From an uncultured Clostridia bacterium (GTDB taxonomy: Bacteria; Bacillota; Clostridia; TANB77; CAG-508), in the NCBI GenBank assembly GCA_944388755.1, contig CALXJY010000004.1, positions 563 to 64,562 on the forward strand: 64,000 nucleotides of DNA, written 5' to 3'. Under the pieces are notes generated by a model. It was not told the DNA's origin. It saw only the letters and a program-made list of their open reading frames with translations, and ran no database searches. Positions 10,939 through 19,586 of this stretch are shown piece after piece; position 1 is the stretch's first letter; every line of letters starts with the position of its first letter. The position numbers were made by a program, and so were the translations under genes.

Positions 10939-12625
10939 TTGTCTTCATTTCCTCCTGTCTCTTTATTTTTGAAGTTGTAGTCCTAATTAGTGGAGTTTCT
11001 GTTATAATTAGTCCATGTATTGCTTTATATGGTGGCATAGCTTTGTTTATTTCTTTTATCTTATTGTTTATGGCATCATATATTTCTTCATCACTGTCTA
11101 CTTTATAAGCTTCTTTAACAATTTTTTTATCAATTACGACTTTTACATGTATTCTAATATCATCTTTGTTTTTTCTATTTGTTTTTCCAAATATAAAAGA
11201 TTCTTTTACTCCTTCAATTCTATTTACTAGACTTTCCATTTCTTCTGGAAATATATTTTTACCATTTTTAAGAACTATTACACTCTTTTTTCTACCAGAA
11301 ATAAAGATATATCCATCTTCATCAATTTTTGCCAAATCTCCTGTATAAAACCATCCATCTTGTATAACTTCTTTTGTTGCTTTTTCATTTTTATAATACC
11401 CTAGCATTACATTTGGTCCTTTTACTGCAAGTTCTCCTATTCCTTCTTCATTTGAATCTACGATTTTTGCCTGTACATGTGGTACTACCTTTCCTATAGA
11501 TCCTAGACGATGTGCTGTATTTGTTTCGATTCCTATTATTGGTGATGTTTCTGTTAGTCCATATGCTTGACACAAATTAATGCCTAATGTTCTATATCCT
11601 TCTAATACTTTTTTATCTATTGCAGCTGCTCCTGTGACAAATAAGCGAATATGTCCACCAAATAATTCATGTATTTCGTTAAAAATTTTCTTTTTTTCTT
11701 CCATTGTATCATTTTTATGTTCTTCCATTAATAGTTCTATTTTTTCCCATTTTCCTTCTTTTTTTGATTTTCTTATCATATTATAATACATATTTTCATA
11801 AATAGCTGGAACAAATGATGCAAATGTTATTTGGTATTCATTTAAGTTTTTCATGATATGTTTTAATCCATCACAAAATGCTGTTTGGCAACCTTTATAA
11901 TATGAAAATAAAAATCCAACTGTACATTGAAATACATGGTGTAATGGTAAAAAAGACAATATCCTATCTGTTTCGTTAATATCTAATACACTCGCTAGAT
12001 CCATTAAATTAGAACATAAGTTTCTATGACATAATGCAACTACTTTTGATTCAGATGTTGTTCCTGATGTAAATAGCATTATATTCATCTTTTCTGGATC
12101 TATTTTTGTATTTATGTATTTTTTATTTCCTTCTGCAATTAGTTTTTTTCCTGTTTCAATTAATTCTTTTTGTGAATATATTCCATGTCTATTTTCTATT
12201 GAGTCCATTGAAATTAAATGTTTTAATTTTCCAGTATTATGTAATATTATTCTTTTTAGGCTTTCTTCGTATTCTTCTGCATAAAATATTGCTTCTATTT
12301 CTGATCTTTCTATTAATCTTTTAAGCTCATTTTCAGGTAGTGATTTGTCTAATGGAACTATTGTTCCAACACCACATGTTACTGCTAAATATGCAATTTC
12401 CCATTCATATCTGTTTTTTCCAATAACAGCAATTCTTTTACCTTTTAGTCCTAAATTTATTAAGGCTGTTCCTAATGCATTTATCATTTCTCTTGCTTGT
12501 TTATGTGTATAAATTTTATATTCACCATTTTTTTCTTTTATTTTATATGCTGGTCTATCTCCATATAGTTTTTCTGTTTTGTTTAACATATCTTTTAAAT
12601 CTGTAATCTCTAAGACTTTATTCAT
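10931..12625 (-). CDS. AMP-dependent synthetase / long-chain-fatty-acid--CoA ligase
   Basis: MLFTSGTTSESKVVAL (AMP-binding box), YGLTETSP and TGDLAKIDEDGYIFISGRKK. Confidence 0.8.
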   Translation of the reverse strand: MNKVLEITDLKDMLNKTEKLYGDRPAYKIKEKNGEYKIYTHKQAREMINALGTALINLGLKGKRIAVIGKNRYEWEIAYLAVTCGVGTIVPLDKSLPENELKRLIERSEIEAIFYAEEYEESLKRIILHNTGKLKHLISMDSIENRHGIYSQKELIETGKKLIAEGNKKYINTKIDPEKMNIMLFTSGTTSESKVVALCHRNLCSNLMDLASVLDINETDRILSFLPLHHVFQCTVGFLFSYYKGCQTAFCDGLKHIMKNLNEYQITFASFVPAIYENMYYNMIRKSKKEGKWEKIELLMEEHKNDTMEEKKKIFNEIHELFGGHIRLFVTGAAAIDKKVLEGYRTLGINLCQAYGLTETSPIIGIETNTAHRLGSIGKVVPHVQAKIVDSNEEGIGELAVKGPNVMLGYYKNEKATKEVIQDGWFYTGDLAKIDEDGYIFISGRKKSVIVLKNGKNIFPEEMESLVNRIEGVKESFIFGKTNRKNKDDIRIHVKVVIDKKIVKEAYKVDSDEEIYDAINNKIKEINKAMPPYKAIHGLIITETPLIRTTTSKIKRQEEMKTIE

Positions 12626-12703
12626 AATTGACTCCTTTGTATATAATTTCCATATAATATTATCATATTTTTGTTATTTTTTTAATTAGACTAAGTGGTC
12701 AGT

Positions 12704-12969
12704 ATAATTTTGTGCTTTGTAGTTTTATAATAAGTTTATAAACTTAAAAAATAGTATATTATATTTCATAAATTTTCCGGTTCATTTCCGTAAATTATGA
12801 ATTTCTAAAATATCTTTTACGGCACCCTTCCAATATTTCATATTGAACACTTTCCGTAAAATCTATTTAAGAAATTCTATAATTTACTCAATTCAACTAC
12901 AAATTTACTCAATATAATATACTATTTTTTTAAAATTAAAAATCAAGAAACTACAAAACACAAAATTAT
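12704..12969. repeat. 266-bp imperfect palindromic intergenic element between the divergent acyl-CoA ligase and ldhA genes
   Basis: The left arm ataattttgtgctttgtagttt..aaaaaatagtatattatatt.. mirrors the reverse complement of the right arm ..aatataatatactatttttt..aaactacaaaacacaaaattat (22-mer with 1 mismatch, 20-mer perfect). The core holds three TTCCGTAAA-like motifs. Confidence 0.7.
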
Positions 12970-13047
12970 TTCTAACAAAATTAAAAATTAATATGGATTT
13001 TTTTAGAAGAAAGTGTTAAACTATTATAGGAAATGGAGTTGATAATT

Positions 13048-14037
13048 ATGATTAAAATAGCTTTTTTTGACACAAAAGAGTATGACAAAAAATTTTTTAA
13101 TAAATATAATGAGGATTATGGATATGATATAACATATTTTGAATCTTTACTAAATTCAGAAACTGCTCAACTTACAAAGGGTTTTGATGTAGTTTGTATT
13201 TTTGTACATGATAAAATAGATGAAGCAACTTTTAAAATTTTAAATGAAAATGGTGTTAAACTTGTTGCACTTCGTTGTGCTGGTTTTAATAATGTAGATT
13301 TAGCTCATAAAGGTAATATAAGAGTTGTTAGAGTTCCACAATATTCACCATATGCAGTTGCAGAACACGCTGTTGCTTTACTTTTAAATATTACAAGAAA
13401 ATTATATAAATCTTATCAACGTACAAGAAAGTATAATTTTACAATTGATGGATTACTTGGTTTTGATATTCACGGTAAAACTATTGGTGTTATAGGAACT
13501 GGTAGAATAGGCAAAGTTTTTATTCAAATTATGAAAGGTTTTGGAACAAATGTAATTGCATATGACTTATACCCTGATAAAAAGGCAGAAGAAGAACTTG
13601 GATTTAAATATGTTAGTTTAGATGAGTTATATGCTAAATCAGATATTATTTCTTTACATTGTCCATTAACACCTGAAACAGAAAATATTATTAATGATAA
13701 AAGTATTAAAAAGATGAAAGATGGTGTCATTTTAATTAATTGTAGTAGAGGTAAATTAATTGATACAAAAAGTTTAATAAAAGAAATGGAAAATGGCAAA
13801 ATTGGTGGTGTAGGTCTAGATGTTTATGAAGATGAAGATGAATTTTTCTTACGTGATATGTCTAATTCTTATAAAAGGGATAATAATTTATCTATTTTAT
13901 TATCAATGCCAAATCTAATTATAACTTCACATCAAGCATTTTTTACATCTGAAGCATTAAATAAAATTGCAAGTGATACTTGTAAAAATATTAAAGATAT
14001 ATTTGATAATAAAGATTGTATGAATGAATTAAAATAG
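13048..14037 (+). CDS. ldhA: D-lactate dehydrogenase (D-isomer-specific 2-hydroxyacid dehydrogenase)
   Basis: MIKIAFFDTKEYDKKFF..VALRCAGFNNVDL..GVIGTGRIGKVF.. is collinear with LdhA. Start set at the ATG after the GGAG. Confidence 0.85.
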   Translation: MIKIAFFDTKEYDKKFFNKYNEDYGYDITYFESLLNSETAQLTKGFDVVCIFVHDKIDEATFKILNENGVKLVALRCAGFNNVDLAHKGNIRVVRVPQYSPYAVAEHAVALLLNITRKLYKSYQRTRKYNFTIDGLLGFDIHGKTIGVIGTGRIGKVFIQIMKGFGTNVIAYDLYPDKKAEEELGFKYVSLDELYAKSDIISLHCPLTPETENIINDKSIKKMKDGVILINCSRGKLIDTKSLIKEMENGKIGGVGLDVYEDEDEFFLRDMSNSYKRDNNLSILLSMPNLIITSHQAFFTSEALNKIASDTCKNIKDIFDNKDCMNELK

Positions 14038-14058
14038 AGGGTACTCCCTCTATTTTTT
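14035..14058. terminator. bidirectional rho-independent terminator between convergent ldhA and the acidic-protein gene
   Basis: Stem tagaggg/ccctcta with loop tact, then T6 on the plus strand and a T-run on the minus strand. Confidence 0.7.
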
Positions 14059-15783
14059 AAATATTTTTCCGAATATTCCTTTTGAATCATTTTCACTTTT
14101 TCTAGTTTGCTTTCTTGAATTTTTGTTAATATTAGTATTTTTTTTACGTATTTTTTCGTTTTCTATCTCTTTTTTATTTTCTATAATTTCATCCTCATAT
14201 TGTTCTTCTTCTATATCTTCATCATAATATTCATAATCAGCATCTTTTTCACTATCATATTCGTCATCTTCATATTCATAGTTATCATCATATTCTTCTT
14301 CGTCTTCATCTTCATCATTATATTCTTCTTCATAATCGTCATCATCATACTCTTCATCATAATCTTCTTCATAGTCGTCATCATCTTCGTATTCATCTTC
14401 TACATCATAATCTATATCTTCTTCTTGCTTTTTGTCTTCTATTTCATCATTGCTAATAAACCATTCTTCTTCTTCATCTTCTTGTTCTTCTTTTAAATAT
14501 TCTTCTTCAAAAATGGCCTGATTTGTCTCATGTGGTTGTTCTTGAGCTTCTTCTTCATAATCATCGTCTTCTTGTTCTTCTTCAGGCATAAATTCTGTCA
14601 AATCTCTTTCAAAATTTTCTTCTATTTCCTTATTAAATACTTCATATAAATTTTTTATTCCTTCAATTCTCCAGTAATTTGTATTAATCATTGTTCCAAC
14701 ATTTGATTTTATTGAACTTGCTTCTTGGTTAAAGCTCTTTTCTGTTTCTTCAATATCAAGTAAATATGTGCTATTATATAATTCTCTATATGCTTTTTTA
14801 GATGCTTTGCCTGCAATTTCTCTTAATATTAAGTCATATAAATTTTTAATTTGTTTAATATCTTTTTCAAAATTTACAGTTGCTTCTTTCATCATTTGCT
14901 TATGTAATTTTTCACCATTTATAGCTGTCATTCTTTCATTATCTAAAAAGCTAATAATATATTCTTTTTCTGCTTCTATAAAATCTAGTTTTATCATTAC
15001 ATTTTTTAATAATTTTTTGTATTTATCTAATTTTAAGTTATCAGATTCGATTTCTGACATTAGTTTTCTAAGTTTTTCATATATATTTGTGTAGCATTCC
15101 GCTTCTTTTTTAGCGATATCTACTCTAATTTCTACAGCTTTTTTTATTACATCATTATCAAACTTAACTTTTTCGTTTTTACCATTTTCTAACATAATTT
15201 TAGTTAGAGATTGTATTATTGTGTCATTATCTATGTTTATAAATTCTTTTACTTTTTTTACACATGTTAAATCTATATTTTCTATTTTTTGGATAGTATC
15301 ATTTAAAATCTTTATATGATTTGTTTCTGTTGCTCTTTTTGTTTTTGCGCATTTATTTCTTTCTTTTTGCTTTTCTACGAATTTATTTAAAAATTCTATA
15401 TAATTTTCTCTTATTTCTTTTTGTTCAGCTATATTTTCATCTATATCTTGTTCTAATCTCAATATTTTTTTTTCTATCATTTCTGGTGCTTGGTCTAAGT
15501 CATTAAATAGCTTATTTCTTTCTTCTTCATGTTCCATATTTTCTGAACATAGTACTTCTTGTTTTTTTTGGATGGTTTGCATATTTTTTGCAATTTCATC
15601 AAATTCTTTTATTACTTTTTCTTCTTCTTTAGTTACAACTTGATATTTTTCCATTTCTTCTAGGATATCTTTATATATCTCAAAACTTGATTTTACATTT
15701 GTTTCATCATTTTTTCCAAATATGTTGCTTAGATATCTTTCTAGAACAATTGCATTTCTTTCATACATCAGTTTTCCCTCCAA
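14050..15783 (-). CDS. hypothetical coiled-coil protein with an extreme D/E/Y-rich C-terminal tract and a short basic tail
   Basis: 577-aa ORF. The N-terminal ~390 aa are K/E-rich and heptad-like. Residues ~398-535 are almost entirely D, E and Y. The tail is KKNTNINKNSRKQTRK..GIFGKIFKK. Confidence 0.55.
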   Translation of the reverse strand: MEGKLMYERNAIVLERYLSNIFGKNDETNVKSSFEIYKDILEEMEKYQVVTKEEEKVIKEFDEIAKNMQTIQKKQEVLCSENMEHEEERNKLFNDLDQAPEMIEKKILRLEQDIDENIAEQKEIRENYIEFLNKFVEKQKERNKCAKTKRATETNHIKILNDTIQKIENIDLTCVKKVKEFINIDNDTIIQSLTKIMLENGKNEKVKFDNDVIKKAVEIRVDIAKKEAECYTNIYEKLRKLMSEIESDNLKLDKYKKLLKNVMIKLDFIEAEKEYIISFLDNERMTAINGEKLHKQMMKEATVNFEKDIKQIKNLYDLILREIAGKASKKAYRELYNSTYLLDIEETEKSFNQEASSIKSNVGTMINTNYWRIEGIKNLYEVFNKEIEENFERDLTEFMPEEEQEDDDYEEEAQEQPHETNQAIFEEEYLKEEQEDEEEEWFISNDEIEDKKQEEDIDYDVEDEYEDDDDYEEDYDEEYDDDDYEEEYNDEDEDEEEYDDNYEYEDDEYDSEKDADYEYYDEDIEEEQYEDEIIENKKEIENEKIRKKNTNINKNSRKQTRKSENDSKGIFGKIFKK

Positions 15784-15881
15784 ATTATTTTAATTTGTCA
15801 AACCAATTATATACAAAATTCAAGTAAAAGTCTAGTATTTTGAAAGAAAAAAAATTTATTTAATTATGTAATTATATAAAA

Positions 15882-15912
15882 CAAGCTATACTCAAATTTC
15901 GAGTATAGCTTG
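15882..15912 (-). terminator. rho-independent terminator after the 272-aa ORF
   Basis: Perfect 12-bp stem caagctatactc/gagtatagcttg with a 7-nt loop, followed by a T-rich run in the minus orientation. Confidence 0.65.
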
Positions 15913-15955
15913 TAGATGTGTAATAATTTTATTATAGATAATAAAGTTAAATTAC

Positions 15956-16774
15956 CTATTCTTTTTTGGAAAACATTAATTTTATTTTTGCTTCATTCAG
16001 TTCAGAACAAATTTTTCTAAGAGTATTTAATTTGTGTTTAAAATTAAACTCATTCTGAAAGCTTTTCCAAAGATTTAACCTTAAACGAAAATCAGGTAGC
16101 TCTGTTTTATACTTTAATTCCTCTGCTATGAAGTGAACATATTCATCTTTTACTTTAAGAAATTCATCAAAATTTACAAATCTTAATCCTTCAACTCCAC
16201 TTGGCATATAGCTACGGTATTCCGATACTTTCTTGACTTTCATTTCGTTAATTATGTAGTCTATGGAAAAATTAACTGCATTTTCACATTTCAAATCTTC
16301 TGAATTAAAGTGATTTGAATGAGGATTTGAAACGACAAATGTAATAGTTCCTTTCTTTCCAAAAAACGATATCCCATATGCAACATTTTTAAGAATCGAT
16401 ATTCCTATATCAAAAGGAGAAACATTTTCTTGTAATGACAGTTCTTTAATTATATTTATCCATTTTTCAGTTGGATAAGTCTGTGCTAAGAAAAAAATCT
16501 CCTCATATGATAGTTCTAATGGTTTTTTGGTGATATCATTATTTTTCCAAATTCCTTCAATTACTTCATTTGGTAATTCACTAACCAACTCTAATATCCG
16601 TTCTGATAATTGCCAATACTCACTTTGTAGACAAGTTCTTTTCACTTCATCTGTAATATTACTTATCTCAGTGCTAAATTTACTAAGTCCTTCCTCTACT
16701 TTTCTAATTTTCCTTTTTATTTTTCCTAAATGCATTTCTCCCTCGTAACCTAATTCTAAATCTTTTTTTGCCAT
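15956..16774 (-). CDS. hypothetical protein (272 aa)
   Basis: Long uninterrupted ORF with no recognisable family. Contains an in-frame CGG (16598-16600) read without a frame break. Confidence 0.5.
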   Translation of the reverse strand: MAKKDLELGYEGEMHLGKIKRKIRKVEEGLSKFSTEISNITDEVKRTCLQSEYWQLSERILELVSELPNEVIEGIWKNNDITKKPLELSYEEIFFLAQTYPTEKWINIIKELSLQENVSPFDIGISILKNVAYGISFFGKKGTITFVVSNPHSNHFNSEDLKCENAVNFSIDYIINEMKVKKVSEYRSYMPSGVEGLRFVNFDEFLKVKDEYVHFIAEELKYKTELPDFRLRLNLWKSFQNEFNFKHKLNTLRKICSELNEAKIKLMFSKKE

Positions 16775-16934
16775 AACTTTTTTCTCCTCTCATGAAAAAG
16801 CATTGTTAATAAGTTACAAAAAAAGTTTTCCTCCCTTCATTCTTGTCTATTTAGACTTTTAATAAATATATTATAACATATTTTAAATAATTGTAAAGAT
16901 ATTATGTTTAATTATTACAATAAACTTTGAGAAA

Positions 16935-18857
16935 TTATATCTCAAAGTTTATTGTATCTGTAGTTTTAAAATTATTTTTATCTATTTTATTTATATTTGC
17001 ATTTGATAATATGTAGTATCCATCATTTGCATATATAATTCTATTAATTTTTTTGTTGTAATCTCTATTTGTATTTTGAGTATATTTTCCTTTCAGATTA
17101 AATCCGTTTTCTATGCTAATCTCATAAATTAATGCCTCTGACACAGATGTATTTTGTCTGTAATCTGAGATTGGAAGTGCCATTATATTATTTATGTATA
17201 ATATTGCTTTATGATTATATGTAGCTTCTGAATATGTGCTAGAGTTTCCAATTATTTCGGTAAATAATTCTTTTGGATTATTCATATCTGTTACGTCAAG
17301 CATTGATAATTTAAGTCCATTGTTTATATTTCTTGTTCCATCATTATTTGTATCATATCCAAAGCCTATAATATGTGTTTCATCAAAAGGATGTAGGTAT
17401 GTACTATATCCGGGAATTTTTAGTTCTCCTTGTTTTGTTGGATTTTGTGGATCTGATAAATCAATTACAAATAATGGGTCAACTTGTTTATATGTTACAA
17501 TATATGCTTTTTCCCCCATAAATCTTACTGAATATATATTTTCTCCATTTGCTAAATTTTCTAAATTTCCTATCATATTTAATTCTTTATCTAAAATAAA
17601 TAATTTATTATTTGTATCATTAGAATTTGTTTGGGTATTATATGTTTCTTTTGTTACTGCAATTCTCAGATTTTCGTCTTCATCTTCGTCAGCGGAAAAT
17701 TGATTTAATACCCTACCCTCTACAGTGTTTTCTGCTTTGTAATTAATTTTCCCATTATCTAGATTAAATTTTATAATTTGTGTTTTACTACCTAATAAAG
17801 AATATGTATTAATATCATAAATTTCTTTTGTTTTTAATATGTACATATTTTTATCAGAACAATATATGGTATCTCCTGCTCCTAAATATGTTTGTATGTC
17901 TGCTTTTTGATTGTCTTTTATATTAAATCCACATACAATCAAATAATTATCTATTTTACTGTCATCAAAATACCTAATATCATTAAATTCTATATATTTT
18001 TCTTCATCATCTATTGCAGTATCTATATATGTTGGTTTATACTCTTCCTCTTTCAAATCTTCTAAATTTGTGTGTTTTATTGTATTTATTTCACTATATA
18101 AATACTTGTTTGTTATTACATATACACTATCTTCAAGCATTCTTGAAGATAAATATGTGCCATCCATTTCTATTTTTCTTTCTTCTTTTGGATTTTTTCT
18201 ATCTTGTACATCATATGTTATAATTGCTGTTTTTTGCTTAGTTCCTTCTACATATGCTACATCTTTTGTCTCATATATTGTTCTAGGCTCTATATTTGTT
18301 ATTCCATATGTAATTACAATTAATTTATTTCCTTTGATATATAACTCTTTTGGTATTTTGTCTGTATATATTATTTCAGATTCTTGTACCATTTTATTTT
18401 GTATGTTTATTATTACGACTTTGTTTTCTATAATATAGTAAATATATTTTCCGTCTGTTTTTACTATATCTGCTTCATCTACATTTGTTTCTTGAACATT
18501 TGTTGTACTATATGTAGAATCATTCATAGCTGACTCTGTTATTCCTTGTTCCGTTTTTAATTCATTATTTCTTATATCAGAGTCTTCTTGTTTTTTTAGA
18601 ATGTTATAAAAGTTTTCAAAACTTCCTACTTTAGCAAGTTTTATTTCTTCCTGCACATCTACAAGATTTTCATTATTGTTGTTAACTTTTTTAATATTTA
18701 TTCCTAATATACTAACAATGACAACTGTTGCTAGAACTGTAACATATGATATATATTTTATTCTTAGTTTCATTTTGTTTTTTTCTTTGGTTTTATATTC
18801 ATCATATTTTTTATAGATGTCATTTATGAATTCTTTATTATCCTTCATATTTTTCAC
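16935..18857 (-). CDS. membrane-anchored beta-propeller domain protein, probable partner or anti-sigma of the upstream ECF sigma factor
   Basis: N-terminal cytoplasmic segment plus one TM helix (YISYVTVLATVVIVSILGI), then a large extracytoplasmic domain with VDPLFVIDLSDPQNP..IPGYSTYLHP, typical of the secreted beta-propeller family. Overlaps the sigma gene by 20 nt. Confidence 0.65.
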   Translation of the reverse strand: MKNMKDNKEFINDIYKKYDEYKTKEKNKMKLRIKYISYVTVLATVVIVSILGINIKKVNNNNENLVDVQEEIKLAKVGSFENFYNILKKQEDSDIRNNELKTEQGITESAMNDSTYSTTNVQETNVDEADIVKTDGKYIYYIIENKVVIINIQNKMVQESEIIYTDKIPKELYIKGNKLIVITYGITNIEPRTIYETKDVAYVEGTKQKTAIITYDVQDRKNPKEERKIEMDGTYLSSRMLEDSVYVITNKYLYSEINTIKHTNLEDLKEEEYKPTYIDTAIDDEEKYIEFNDIRYFDDSKIDNYLIVCGFNIKDNQKADIQTYLGAGDTIYCSDKNMYILKTKEIYDINTYSLLGSKTQIIKFNLDNGKINYKAENTVEGRVLNQFSADEDEDENLRIAVTKETYNTQTNSNDTNNKLFILDKELNMIGNLENLANGENIYSVRFMGEKAYIVTYKQVDPLFVIDLSDPQNPTKQGELKIPGYSTYLHPFDETHIIGFGYDTNNDGTRNINNGLKLSMLDVTDMNNPKELFTEIIGNSSTYSEATYNHKAILYINNIMALPISDYRQNTSVSEALIYEISIENGFNLKGKYTQNTNRDYNKKINRIIYANDGYYILSNANINKIDKNNFKTTDTINFEI

Positions 18858-19404
18858 TCTCCTTTCTTATTAATTTTTCTAGCTCTTTTCTTGCTCTATG
18901 TATTAATACTTTTGTACTAGATTGTGATTTTTTTAGAATTTTTCCAATTTCGCTATATTTTAGTTCTTCAATATCTGCTAAGTAAATTGCTTCTCTATAA
19001 TTTGTTTTTAGTTTATTTATTGTTTTATATAAATTTTGTTTTTTCTCATTTATAAATACTATTTCTTCTAATTCATGTGTATTAGAAGTATTTAAATACT
19101 CTAGTTCATTTATATCTTCCTTATATATTATTTTCTTTTCTCTTTTTATGTAATTTAATGCTTTTGATTTTGCTATTGTGAATAAATATGTTTTTAACGA
19201 ATATTTAAAATCATAATCAACCCTATGTACTAAAATATATACAAACACATCTTGTGCTATATCTTCTGCTATATCTATGCTTTTTACATATGTTGATATA
19301 AAATATATTAGTTTGTCTTTATGTTTTATTACTAATTTTTCAAAACTCGAATTATTTCCTTTTAGAAATTCCTGGTACAGTTTTTTATCTGTTTCTTGCT
19401 CCAA
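18838..19404 (-). CDS. RNA polymerase sigma-70 family (ECF-type) sigma factor
   Basis: Region 2 (FEKLVIKHKDKLIYFI..AEDIAQDVFVYI) and region 4 (REAIYLADIEELKYSEIGKILKKSQSSTKVLIHRARKEL). Confidence 0.85.
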   Translation of the reverse strand: MEQETDKKLYQEFLKGNNSSFEKLVIKHKDKLIYFISTYVKSIDIAEDIAQDVFVYILVHRVDYDFKYSLKTYLFTIAKSKALNYIKREKKIIYKEDINELEYLNTSNTHELEEIVFINEKKQNLYKTINKLKTNYREAIYLADIEELKYSEIGKILKKSQSSTKVLIHRARKELEKLIRKESEKYEG

Positions 19405-19543
19405 GTTATCATCCCCTTTATTATTTTCTTTTGCTATATTTAATACAATTATATCATAGCTATAGTTACAGAAAATATAAAATTATAATAATCTAATAAG
19501 ATTTTAATCGTTTTGTTTGTTTATCTATATATTTTCACGTTTA

Positions 19544-19573
19544 AAATCCCCTAAGTTTTACCTTAGGGGATTT
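19544..19573 (-). terminator. stem-loop after the 499-aa ORF
   Basis: 12-bp stem aaatcccctaag/cttaggggattt with a 6-nt loop. Confidence 0.6.
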
Positions 19574-19586
19574 GATATTGAAACTA

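Noticed and set aside
14200-14496. ORFs with poly-F/I or poly-M/K content on both strands inside the acidic tract
   Set aside because: They are alternative-frame readings of the GAT/GAA/TAT low-complexity array and are not independent genes.
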